Shown here piece after piece: positions 1 to 8,449 of a DNA stretch of 64,000 nt; positions within the stretch are counted from its first letter, which is position 1; each line of letters begins with the position of its first letter. Made by a program: the position numbers and the translations under genes. The stretch lies in IMG/VR virus record IMGVR_UViG_3300044712_002668, positions 1 through 64,000 of that record. The stretch is one strand, 5' to 3'. Under the pieces are notes generated by a model. It was given only the letters and a program-made list of their open reading frames with translations. It was not told the origin of the DNA and did not search any database.

Positions 1-450
1 AATGTATTTTCTTTTGTTGTAAAGAAAGAAGATTCAAAAATCTTTGGCCAAGAAATGGCCAGGTTGTTATTGAGGGATCCTTGGGGAACAGAAATTTCAA
101 TGGTTTGCTTCCCAGAAGCCTGGGAAGGAATGAAGAACCGTATTGAAAAGCAGTTATCTGGTGGAAAGCAGAAGATTGAACCAGGGGTTGCAATCAAATG
201 CTTGGCGTTATTTCAATGGGAAACAGAAAGTACATATTCTTTGATATTAGATGATATATTGTCATATAAAGCACCTCCCAGCTTACCAGTTGAACGCAAG
301 TCAAAAAAGGTAAAAATGCCAAGAACTACCAAGGTTAGTATCAAAGATATAGAAGACTCTTCAAAGGAGGAGTTGGTTGAAAAGCTGGAGGAAGAGGTGT
401 TGGAGATTGGAATGTCTCCAATTGATGATGATAACGATGATTTATGGTGA
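1..450 (+). CDS. dnaE: DNA polymerase III alpha-type (family C) C-terminal OB-fold, 5'-truncated by the window
   Basis: Frame 1 is open from base 1 (NVFSFVVKKEDSKIFGQEMARLLLRDPWGTEISMVCFPEAW), matching the DnaE OB-fold pattern G..MAF.TLED..G.+E+..FP..Y. Confidence 0.7.
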   Translation, partial: NVFSFVVKKEDSKIFGQEMARLLLRDPWGTEISMVCFPEAWEGMKNRIEKQLSGGKQKIEPGVAIKCLALFQWETESTYSLILDDILSYKAPPSLPVERKSKKVKMPRTTKVSIKDIEDSSKEELVEKLEEEVLEIGMSPIDDDNDDLW

Positions 451-453
451 AAT

Positions 454-1215
454 ATGAAATGCATAACATGTAGTGCAGAAATACCCCCAGCCTTTGTCCA
501 TGCAATAGAAACCAACGTCTGTCCTGGTTGCGCAGGCCCTATCATGTCAGATGATAGTAAAACCTTGATGACAGAATTGGCAGAAGCTATGCAAAGAATG
601 CCTAATGATCCTCAAGGATTAGCAGGATGGATTTTATCAAACTATAAAATAAAGAAGATTGGTGCTGCAGAACCTGTTGAAAAGTTTCATAGAAAAGGTT
701 CAAAGTCTAAATCTGATGAGGACATTGATACTTCAAATTTAAAGATAGATCCAACATATAACAATTTCTTGAAGAGAACGGATCAGTATAATGCTGTAAC
801 AGATCAAAAACGCATTGCAAAATTGAAAAATATAAAAGATGGTAAGATGTCAGAGTTGGCAAAAACCATCACAACAATGGAAGATCCTTATGGGGATGAC
901 ACCGTTTCCTCAATCGCTGAAGAGGATGGTGTAGTGGATCCAGAGGATCAAAAAGTATATAATGAAATGAAAAAGTCTGGTCTTGACATCTTTGCAAGTC
1001 AAAAGATGCCATCTACTGGAATAACTGATTTATCAGAGGTCATATCTTCAAATGATATTCTTTCTCTTCAACAAGAAAATGATTCAGATTTAATTAAAGC
1101 TGAAAAAGAATTGGCCAGAACAAAAGAGGGAATGGCTGTATTACAAACTAATAGACTCAAGAAAATAAAAGCTCAAGATGCATTAGAAAGTGGTGGTGGA
1201 TCTTTCAGGAGATAA
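454..1215 (+). CDS. Hypothetical protein with N-terminal zinc ribbon
   Basis: CITC...CPGC at N-terminus; 253-aa ORF in operon. Confidence 0.75.
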   Translation: MKCITCSAEIPPAFVHAIETNVCPGCAGPIMSDDSKTLMTELAEAMQRMPNDPQGLAGWILSNYKIKKIGAAEPVEKFHRKGSKSKSDEDIDTSNLKIDPTYNNFLKRTDQYNAVTDQKRIAKLKNIKDGKMSELAKTITTMEDPYGDDTVSSIAEEDGVVDPEDQKVYNEMKKSGLDIFASQKMPSTGITDLSEVISSNDILSLQQENDSDLIKAEKELARTKEGMAVLQTNRLKKIKAQDALESGGGSFRR

Positions 1216-1216
1216 T

Positions 1217-1486
1217 ATGGCAAAAGATATTGATTTGGTATCAAAATTAAAACTTGCGGCTGCTTATCAAGAAGAAGAATGTGAAGAAAAAGAAGATATT
1301 TTTGATGATGATAAAATTACAGTTGATATGCTGAATACGGCAGAACTATTGAACCAAGCCAAAGAAGCTGGAAAAATTCCTATTAATAAAGATACTATAA
1401 AAATACAAGCAAAACAAGAGAATGCTAAAGCCATTTTGGATGGTGATAAACCCATGCCTGAAGGTGGTTTCAGGAGGAGATCCTGA
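1217..1486 (+). CDS. Hypothetical acidic protein
   Basis: AGGAG at 1207-1211 supports ATG at 1217 rather than 1190. Confidence 0.7.
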   Translation: MAKDIDLVSKLKLAAAYQEEECEEKEDIFDDDKITVDMLNTAELLNQAKEAGKIPINKDTIKIQAKQENAKAILDGDKPMPEGGFRRRS

Positions 1487-1860
1487 TGGGTGATGAACGC
1501 ATTAGAATTATAGATCATAAAAAAATACTCTTAACAAATGATGAGTTTACTGCTTATCAGAATTTGTGTAGAGAGTATGATAGACCTAATTTTAAGGGTG
1601 AAGCTTTATTCCAAGATCATTTTGAAACAAATGATGAAGGTATAATTCTTTTCGTTAGACCACCAAGTAAGAAATACTCTTCATTAGAGGTTTTTTGTTT
1701 TCTGATTAGTTTACAAGTTAACCAACATCTTAGAGTTTCTCAGAATCAAGTAGATTCACTTGTTAGGGAAGCTACCATAAAGTATAAAGAAATGATTGCT
1801 GATTTAGAAAGTAAGAATAAAATACTTGAAGAAAAGCTGAAAGTGGTCGAGGCGGTCTAG
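1486..1860 (+). CDS. Hypothetical protein
   Basis: TGATG-coupled to upstream ORF; 124 aa. Confidence 0.7.
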   Translation: MGDERIRIIDHKKILLTNDEFTAYQNLCREYDRPNFKGEALFQDHFETNDEGIILFVRPPSKKYSSLEVFCFLISLQVNQHLRVSQNQVDSLVREATIKYKEMIADLESKNKILEEKLKVVEAV

Positions 1861-1888
1861 TGAAGCTTCTACTAAAAGTAGAGGTTTT

Positions 1889-2332
1889 ATGATTGAACAA
1901 CCGACTAAAGAAGAAATTGATTCTTTGACAACAGACTTTGAAAGTAAATACCATAAGGTATTAAAAGCTTTAGATTCATTATCCAATGGAACATTCCATG
2001 AAGATGATGCATCTTCTTTAGCAGCTTTTTGTTTGATTACTCAAGCCGCTTTGAACGCAGAGCTGAGTTCTGCGGAATTCAAGGTCAGAGCAATCAAACG
2101 TGATATAGATTTTGCTAAAGCGGAAGCTTATATTAAGCTTAAATCCGATAAAAAAGAGGGTAAGAGGATGACGGAAGTAGAACTTTCTCAGCTTCTTGTT
2201 CTTGATCCTGAAGTACAAAAATTAAGTAAAGAGCAAAATACAGCCGAAAAGGATGCAAAAGACTTGGCTACAATATACGCTCTATTGAAAGAAGCACATT
2301 TGACATTTAGATCAATTAAAAAGGGAGTATAA
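1889..2332 (+). CDS. UvsY-like recombination mediator (putative)
   Basis: Helical 147-aa protein with KAEAYIKLK...MTEVELSQLLVLDPEV, immediately upstream of the RecA-like gene. Confidence 0.45.
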   Translation: MIEQPTKEEIDSLTTDFESKYHKVLKALDSLSNGTFHEDDASSLAAFCLITQAALNAELSSAEFKVRAIKRDIDFAKAEAYIKLKSDKKEGKRMTEVELSQLLVLDPEVQKLSKEQNTAEKDAKDLATIYALLKEAHLTFRSIKKGV

Positions 2333-3373
2333 ATGGGTAGAAAAAGATTAGAAGACAGTGAACTTGATGGAGCTATGATTCCATCACCAGAAGATGACGA
2401 GGTTATTGCAAGCACGCCATTGAAGTTAGATGTAAGCAAACTGGTTGAAAAGGCCAGGGGTAGATTTTCAAAAGATAAAAATAAAGCCAGTCTTGCTAAA
2501 TTCATGCAGCAAGGCAGCGGGATTGCATTATCAAACAATCCAAGTGATTATATTACATCTACTAAGATTCAAGAATTCTGGAAGCCATTGACTGGCATTC
2601 TGGGAGCGCCATTTGGACGCATAATTCAAATTGCAGGACGCCCTGATAGTGGAAAATCCACAATTGGCATGCTTTTTATGAAGGCTGCGCAAGATGCAGG
2701 GTATTTAGTTATATTATGGGATGCTGAAGGTAAGTTTGATTCTGTACGTTTCAAGGAGCGTATGGGTGGAGATCCTGCCCAATTGGTAGTGGCTCCAAGC
2801 CGTAATATTCTGGATGGTGTAGCTCAGGTTGTAGCTTATGTCAGGGCTGCAAAAGAGATGAATCCTGATCAAAAGATTTTGATTGTTTGGGATTCTGTTG
2901 GAGCTTCTATAAACTCTGCAGAAGATGAAGAGAATGATGATTATTCTAAACAGCCTGGTGTAACAGCCAAGGAAGTATCATTTGGAATAAGAAGATTCAA
3001 TCAGATAATTGAAAAGACAAGAAACCTTGAAACTGGAGAGTATACAATAGCTTGTATTTGCATAAATCAAGTTTATGCAAAGATTGGGTTTATGGCTAAG
3101 GGCTATCAACAAAAGGGTGGTTCTGAGCTTGAGTATCTTAGTTCATTAATTCTTGAAATGACAAGTAAAGGAGCTTTGACCAAGCAACGTCAGGGTAAAA
3201 AGATTAAATTTGGAATTACTACACGAGCCAAGGTATCAAAGAATCATTTATTTGGTGGTGAGGATTGTGTAGCAGAGTTAGAGTTGGTAGTTTCTTCTGG
3301 AGGAATTTCTCTAGCTAAGGAAATTAAAATGGTCGAGCCTGACATTGAGGGCTGGTCTGAAGAAGAGGAATAA
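2333..3373 (+). CDS. recA: RecA/UvsX-like recombinase
   Basis: Walker A GRPDSGKST, WDAEG, Walker B IVWDSV, INQ motif, KGG..LEY.SS, KVSKNHL. Confidence 0.9.
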   Translation: MGRKRLEDSELDGAMIPSPEDDEVIASTPLKLDVSKLVEKARGRFSKDKNKASLAKFMQQGSGIALSNNPSDYITSTKIQEFWKPLTGILGAPFGRIIQIAGRPDSGKSTIGMLFMKAAQDAGYLVILWDAEGKFDSVRFKERMGGDPAQLVVAPSRNILDGVAQVVAYVRAAKEMNPDQKILIVWDSVGASINSAEDEENDDYSKQPGVTAKEVSFGIRRFNQIIEKTRNLETGEYTIACICINQVYAKIGFMAKGYQQKGGSELEYLSSLILEMTSKGALTKQRQGKKIKFGITTRAKVSKNHLFGGEDCVAELELVVSSGGISLAKEIKMVEPDIEGWSEEEE

Positions 3374-3375
3374 AA

Positions 3376-3687
3376 ATGTCACAATTTACAGGTAAGCCTG
3401 TTGATCGGTCTGCTGTTAAGTCGATATATATACTTGTAGCAGAAGATCCTACAACAAAAGAAAAAGTGCAGTATTATAAAACTGATTCATTATCAACTAT
3501 AGAAACTGCAGGTTTTTTTGAGTTCAGGGGTTTTTTGCTAACAAAAGCGCAAGCAGATAACTTAGTAAAACAAAGTGCAGCAACAAGTGTGGGAATTGAA
3601 GTTAATAGAAAAATTCCAGTACACAGAATAATCCGCATAGAAAACGTTACGTATACAAAAGTTAAAACAGAAGCGCAAGGAGAATAA
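3376..3687 (+). CDS. Hypothetical protein
   Basis: 103-aa ORF with GAGGA RBS between recA and ssb. Confidence 0.7.
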   Translation: MSQFTGKPVDRSAVKSIYILVAEDPTTKEKVQYYKTDSLSTIETAGFFEFRGFLLTKAQADNLVKQSAATSVGIEVNRKIPVHRIIRIENVTYTKVKTEAQGE

Positions 3688-3689
3688 TT

Positions 3690-4457
3690 ATGAGTGAAAA
3701 CAAAGTATCAGTTGGTTTGATTCCGTGGGGAACTCGTCAGAAGCCTGCTAGTCAGAATTTCAATAACGAGGATTTGCCCAAACTTCCTTACTTACGCTTG
3801 AAGGATGGAAGCAATATTGTTCGTGTAGTTACGCCAAGTGCAAACTATTACCATATTCGCTATCTGCCAAAGGATAGCAAAAAGAATTTTGGAGATCGTG
3901 TTCGTACAGCGTATCCTACATATGGACAAGAGTGTCCGGTACTCAAGGATCTCAAGTTGACAGAAAAAGACATCAAGGAAAGGTTTATGACAGTTGTTAT
4001 TGATCGTTCCGATGGTCAACTGAAGCTTTTTGATATGAGTGTTCTTGTTCAAGAGCAAGTGGAAGGAATTTTGCTTGATAAGAATGAGGGGAAGTCACCT
4101 GAGAAGCGTGTAACCCCAAGTGATTTTGATATCAATATTCGTTTCAATTCCAAGTCCAACAAGCCAACTGGGTTTTATAACGTGGTTCCTCGTGATTCTG
4201 AGGCTCTTAGCGAAGAGGATATTCAAACAATAAACTCTGCTGGAGGTCAAGAAATGCTGGCCAAGGTTCTACAAAGAGCAGTGGCCTGTCCTAAGCCAGA
4301 ATTCGTCCGTAAGCGTCTTATGGAGCTGGGTTGGGATGGTGTATCAGCAGCTACCCCAGCCCAAGCTAAAAGTGAAGTGGGCGAGGATATTGCAGAGCCT
4401 AAGGAGGCTGATTATTCTTTCGATAGAAAGAATAAGGCCGCGGCGGCTTCGGCATGA
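3690..4457 (+). CDS. Single-stranded DNA-binding protein, gp32-like
   Basis: YLRLKDGSNIVRVV start motif, DFDINI..YNVVP core, acidic C-terminal region, strongly biased codon use, position next to recA. Confidence 0.7.
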   Translation: MSENKVSVGLIPWGTRQKPASQNFNNEDLPKLPYLRLKDGSNIVRVVTPSANYYHIRYLPKDSKKNFGDRVRTAYPTYGQECPVLKDLKLTEKDIKERFMTVVIDRSDGQLKLFDMSVLVQEQVEGILLDKNEGKSPEKRVTPSDFDINIRFNSKSNKPTGFYNVVPRDSEALSEEDIQTINSAGGQEMLAKVLQRAVACPKPEFVRKRLMELGWDGVSAATPAQAKSEVGEDIAEPKEADYSFDRKNKAAAASA

Positions 4458-4506
4458 AGATGATATAATCATAATGCCAGAAGAAGAGTTCTTCCACTGA
4501 ACTCAG

Positions 4507-4545
4507 ATAAAGCCTGTACAATAAAATGTACGGGCTTTATTGTTA
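4507..4545 (+). terminator. Intrinsic terminator after ssb
   Basis: Stem ATAAAGCCTGTACA (4507-4520) / TGTACGGGCTTTAT (4527-4540), one G-U pair, T-rich tail. Confidence 0.7.
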
Positions 4546-4556
4546 TATGTATATAC

Positions 4557-5120
4557 ATGAGAGTAATTGGTCTTGATGCTAGTACCACTACTATAGGTAT
4601 TTCAATTATAGATTTTGATGGTTATAATTTAACCTTGGTTTATAATGATTTTTATAAACCTGATAAAGATGATGACTTGCTTTTTAAGATAAAAAAAGCT
4701 AAAATGCATGTAGGTAATTTATGTTCTTTATATTCTCCTGACGTATTTGTAATAGAGGATTATGTAAAATTCATGAAAGGTGCGAGTTCAGCCGCTACCA
4801 CAATACCATTAGCAGTCATGAATATGACTCTGAGATTGATGGCAAATGAACTATATGAATTGACACCACAATGTTTAAATGTTCTTAAAATAAGACATGC
4901 ATTAAAGCTAACCAATGAATTGCCAGAAAAACATGAAATGCCTGAGATTGTAGCGTATCATCTTGGATTGAAAGAGTTTCCATGGAGAAAGAAAATCAAC
5001 CGTAAAAAAGAAGAGGTTATCATGGAAGAGTCTTATGATATGGCTGACGCAATGGCAGTAGCATTGGCCTGGATCAAAACTACTCAAACACCAAAAATTA
5101 AGAAGAGCAGGAAGAAATGA
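4557..5120 (+). CDS. ruvC: RuvC-like Holliday junction resolvase
   Basis: MRVIGLDASTTTIG (first Asp), PDVFVIEDY (Glu), DMADAMAVAL (last two Asp). Confidence 0.85.
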   Translation: MRVIGLDASTTTIGISIIDFDGYNLTLVYNDFYKPDKDDDLLFKIKKAKMHVGNLCSLYSPDVFVIEDYVKFMKGASSAATTIPLAVMNMTLRLMANELYELTPQCLNVLKIRHALKLTNELPEKHEMPEIVAYHLGLKEFPWRKKINRKKEEVIMEESYDMADAMAVALAWIKTTQTPKIKKSRKK

Positions 5121-6169
5121 ATACAATAGAGGCTTGTCAATTATTGGGAATTGAACCTGGTGCATCTGATGATGATGTTGCCAAAGCTTTTCGTAAGAAA
5201 GCCAGTGAGCTTCACCCAGATCGAAACAAGGCGGAAGATGCTGAAATTCAATTCAAAAAGATGAATGAGGCTTATCAGTTTTTAAAACAGTATGGAACAA
5301 CTCCAAGAAATGATGTTTCAGCAAACAATTATAATCATTCTGATGATTTAGCTGAAGAATTAAGACGAAAAATGTCTGAGATGTTCGGGGGTGGAATTGG
5401 TAATTTTTTCAACTTTGGAATGAATTTTAGACAATCTAAAGCTGTACCAATTACAATATCATTTAAAGATTCTATTTTAGGTTGTTCAACACCAATAACT
5501 TATGTTCGCAAAATACGGTGTGAAAACTGTAAGGGTCTTGGTAAGACAATTGGTAAAAACAAAATATTATGTCAAAAATGTGCTGGTAAAGGTAAGAGAG
5601 AATATCATGGTTCTAATAGAGAGTTACCATGTACAACATGTAAAGGACAGGGCTTTATAGGAACTGAGATTCCATGTGAAGTTTGCAAGGGATCTTGTTC
5701 CAGTTTGAAAAATGAAAACATTACTGTAAACATACAGCCTGGAATTCAACATGGTGCATCTGTATCATTACGTGGTGCTGGTGATTGGGTTAGTGAGAAT
5801 TTTTTTGGAGATATTCAGCTTATTGTTTCAGTAAAACCAGAAGAAAATATGTATCTTGAAGGTTTAGATGTTATATCAAGAATTGATATAACTTTGTTGG
5901 AGGCCCTTAAAGGTACAAAAAAGAAAGTTCAAACCATTCGTGGTGAGAAGGTTCTTACACTGTCATCAAAAATAAGACATCGAGATACGGTAAGGGTGGC
6001 TGGTTTTGGAGTGCCACCACACGGATCTCATGTATTTATAGTAAACGTATCTTATCCGGAAAACGTTGATAAGATTATTGAGGTATTGGATGAAGGGGCG
6101 AAAAAAGAGGTTGTTGCCGAACCTGTTATAGAGGCAAATAATATAGAAGGAGATTCAAGTGGCGTTTAG
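5117..6169 (+). CDS. dnaJ: DnaJ-family chaperone
   Basis: J domain with HPD, four CxxCxGxG-type repeats, C-terminal domain (GDIQL, ITLLEALKG). Confidence 0.92.
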   Translation: MNTIEACQLLGIEPGASDDDVAKAFRKKASELHPDRNKAEDAEIQFKKMNEAYQFLKQYGTTPRNDVSANNYNHSDDLAEELRRKMSEMFGGGIGNFFNFGMNFRQSKAVPITISFKDSILGCSTPITYVRKIRCENCKGLGKTIGKNKILCQKCAGKGKREYHGSNRELPCTTCKGQGFIGTEIPCEVCKGSCSSLKNENITVNIQPGIQHGASVSLRGAGDWVSENFFGDIQLIVSVKPEENMYLEGLDVISRIDITLLEALKGTKKKVQTIRGEKVLTLSSKIRHRDTVRVAGFGVPPHGSHVFIVNVSYPENVDKIIEVLDEGAKKEVVAEPVIEANNIEGDSSGV

Positions 6170-6518
6170 AACTTTTTGTGATCAGGGCTGTAAAAAAGAG
6201 ATTGAGCCCGTAGTTGATAAAGAAACTTTAATTGCATATTGTACCGAATGTAATAAACCATTAAGTAATGTTTCGGTTTTTATGCGCAGACAGCTTATTG
6301 CAATGAATCAGGTACGAAGAACTGTTAAAAAGAAATTTGCTTGGTCAGTTAAGTGTGCCAAGTGTGATAAGGAAAACCCTCCCGAACTAAGTAAAGATGG
6401 AAATGCCATTTTATGTTCTTATTGTCATGAGGAGTTGACTGGTTTGAGTAAACCATTTGCTCAAATGGTCAAGGTGAATCTTCAAGCCCAACGAAGGGCA
6501 GAAGGGCCATCTGAATAA
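6159..6518 (+). CDS. Double zinc-ribbon protein
   Basis: CDQGC/CTEC and CAKC/CSYC pairs; GTG start overlapping dnaJ end. Confidence 0.7.
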   Translation: MAFRTFCDQGCKKEIEPVVDKETLIAYCTECNKPLSNVSVFMRRQLIAMNQVRRTVKKKFAWSVKCAKCDKENPPELSKDGNAILCSYCHEELTGLSKPFAQMVKVNLQAQRRAEGPSE

Positions 6519-7318
6519 TGGATCTGTTAAATAAACATAAAAAAACTCAAAGTATTTTAAAAAAATTCATATCTGCTTGTAGATATTTATTAAATCATGA
6601 CAAGGTCGGAAAACAGGCAAAAGAATATCTGAATGATAGAATAAACAAGAACATTCAAAAAACTTTTGGATTTGGATATTTTCCTGAAGATCAAAAACTG
6701 GATTTATTGACATCTATTATAAGCAAAGAAGAGCTTGAATTTATTGGGATGTGTTATCCTAAATTCATATCAGGCAACCCTATTAACCATGGACATTTTT
6801 CTGATCATAATTTGATTATGCCATTTACCAATGTGCATGGTGATATAGTGTCCTTAGTAGGAAGAACATTACTGTCAGATGATGAACGCGGTGATTTACA
6901 GAAATACAAATATAATGTAGGGTGTAAAAAAGAAAAGTATGTATATGGCTTGAATTTCTCAAAAGACTCAATAATCAAAAAAGATTATGTTATATGTGTA
7001 GAAGGTCAGTTTGATTGCTTAAGTCTATTTAGTGAAGGTATTCATAATGCAATAGCAGTAGGTTGTGCTGAGTTATCAAAATATCAAATGTTTCAGATAT
7101 TAAGATATACAAAAAATATTTTTATTATGTTTGATAATGATGAGGCAGGATCAAAAGGAAAGCAAAAAGCTAAAGATCAATTTGGTAAGTACGCAAATAT
7201 AAAAACAATTGATTCTCCTAAAGAGTTTAAAGATATAGATGAATTTTTCCGTAAAACAACAGATTCAGAATATAAATCTTATGTAGTAGAAAGTCTTAAT
7301 AATATGTATGGAGCTTGA
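6518..7318 (+). CDS. dnaG: DnaG-type primase catalytic core (TOPRIM) lacking the N-terminal zinc-binding domain
   Basis: AKEYLNDR..FGFGYFP, IMPFTNVHGDIVSLVGR, KYKYN, ICVEGQFD, MFDNDEAG. Confidence 0.88.
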   Translation: MDLLNKHKKTQSILKKFISACRYLLNHDKVGKQAKEYLNDRINKNIQKTFGFGYFPEDQKLDLLTSIISKEELEFIGMCYPKFISGNPINHGHFSDHNLIMPFTNVHGDIVSLVGRTLLSDDERGDLQKYKYNVGCKKEKYVYGLNFSKDSIIKKDYVICVEGQFDCLSLFSEGIHNAIAVGCAELSKYQMFQILRYTKNIFIMFDNDEAGSKGKQKAKDQFGKYANIKTIDSPKEFKDIDEFFRKTTDSEYKSYVVESLNNMYGA

Positions 7319-7756
7319 ATGGATAGAAAAACGAATAGATCTAATAAGTATCAAAATCTTTTTGCTGAATTACAGTATTCCAATGATATGATGAGTGAAT
7401 TTGCGGAAAGTCAGGGTTTGTTTGAAAATTATAAACCTGAAGACCGTGAAAAGCTTATGGATCTTCGTGATGAATTGAAAATCGAATTCTGGAAGCTTGT
7501 AGATACGGAATTAACCGCTAGACAAAGACAAGTTATAAAACTATATGCTCAAGGTTATACTCAGATTGAAATTGCTAAACAATTGAATGTTAATCAGAGT
7601 TCTATTACCAAATCGATAAATGGCAATTGTGATTATAGAAATGGTCGTAAGATTTACGGCGGAGCAAGCAAGAAACTTAAAAGATTAGCGTATTCAAATA
7701 TAAAAATAATAGATATTCTTCGTCAAATAGCTGAAATTCATGCCGAATACAACTAA
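7319..7756 (+). CDS. Sigma70-region-4/LuxR-like HTH transcription regulator
   Basis: ELTARQRQVIKLYAQGYTQIEIAKQLNVNQSSITKSING. Confidence 0.7.
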   Translation: MDRKTNRSNKYQNLFAELQYSNDMMSEFAESQGLFENYKPEDREKLMDLRDELKIEFWKLVDTELTARQRQVIKLYAQGYTQIEIAKQLNVNQSSITKSINGNCDYRNGRKIYGGASKKLKRLAYSNIKIIDILRQIAEIHAEYN

Positions 7757-7826
7757 GAATTATTATATAATCAGATATTGAGATTGATTATTATCATGCA
7801 AAATACGTTATAATAAGGACAAACTA

Positions 7827-7840
7827 ATATCAGCTGATAT
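7827..7840. promoter_or_regulatory. Perfect 14-bp palindrome, candidate operator
   Basis: ATATCAGCTGATAT is its own reverse complement; intergenic, just downstream of the HTH gene. Confidence 0.35.
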
Positions 7841-7844
7841 AAAG

Positions 7845-7876
7845 AAATCCAGAGGAAGCTCTGGATTTTCTTTTTT
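7845..7876 (+). terminator. Intrinsic terminator ending the replication module
   Basis: AAATCCAGAG-GAAG-CTCTGGATTT followed by TCTTTTTT. Confidence 0.85.
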
Positions 7877-7951
7877 AAGACCTATCATTTATTCCGTATC
7901 ACTTTAGCGCAGTAATTGAAACGCTAACTATTATTTGTGGAGTTGTTCTAA

Positions 7952-8434
7952 ATGGATAAGTATTCAATAGATTTTGAGTCTTTAGGGGACCAGCTGAATA
8001 AAAAGAAAAGCTATCGTTTGGAGGATGTCAAAGACAAGATTGAGAAAGTGGCCTTTGACGTTGTTCGTTTCAGGGACAACCAGGATACCAATCTTTTATG
8101 GAAGATTGAAAATACCAATGAAGGACCAGTCATTATGGCGTTATATGATGAAGATACTGGTTCTTTAAAGGATGGTGATTGGTCGGTTATTCCTGATAAG
8201 AAAATAGCTAGTGTACATGTTTTCTATAAAGGAGAGCCTATTGCCAAGGTGGCAAGCTCTGAACTGGGCATTCCTGATAGTGAATTGGAAACATTGGCCA
8301 GGTGGTTACCTGAAAAATTACAGACCAGTGTAGAAATTCAGTCAGCAGTGCTGCAAAAAGTTGCATATATGTATAGGGAAGATCTTGTTCATAGATTCCC
8401 AGAATTAAAAAAGGCCGCTGCGCAGAAAAAATAA
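7952..8434 (+). CDS. Hypothetical protein, first gene of head module
   Basis: 160-aa ORF after terminator. Confidence 0.75.
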   Translation: MDKYSIDFESLGDQLNKKKSYRLEDVKDKIEKVAFDVVRFRDNQDTNLLWKIENTNEGPVIMALYDEDTGSLKDGDWSVIPDKKIASVHVFYKGEPIAKVASSELGIPDSELETLARWLPEKLQTSVEIQSAVLQKVAYMYREDLVHRFPELKKAAAQKK

Positions 8435-8449
8435 ATCGAGGACTTCAGT

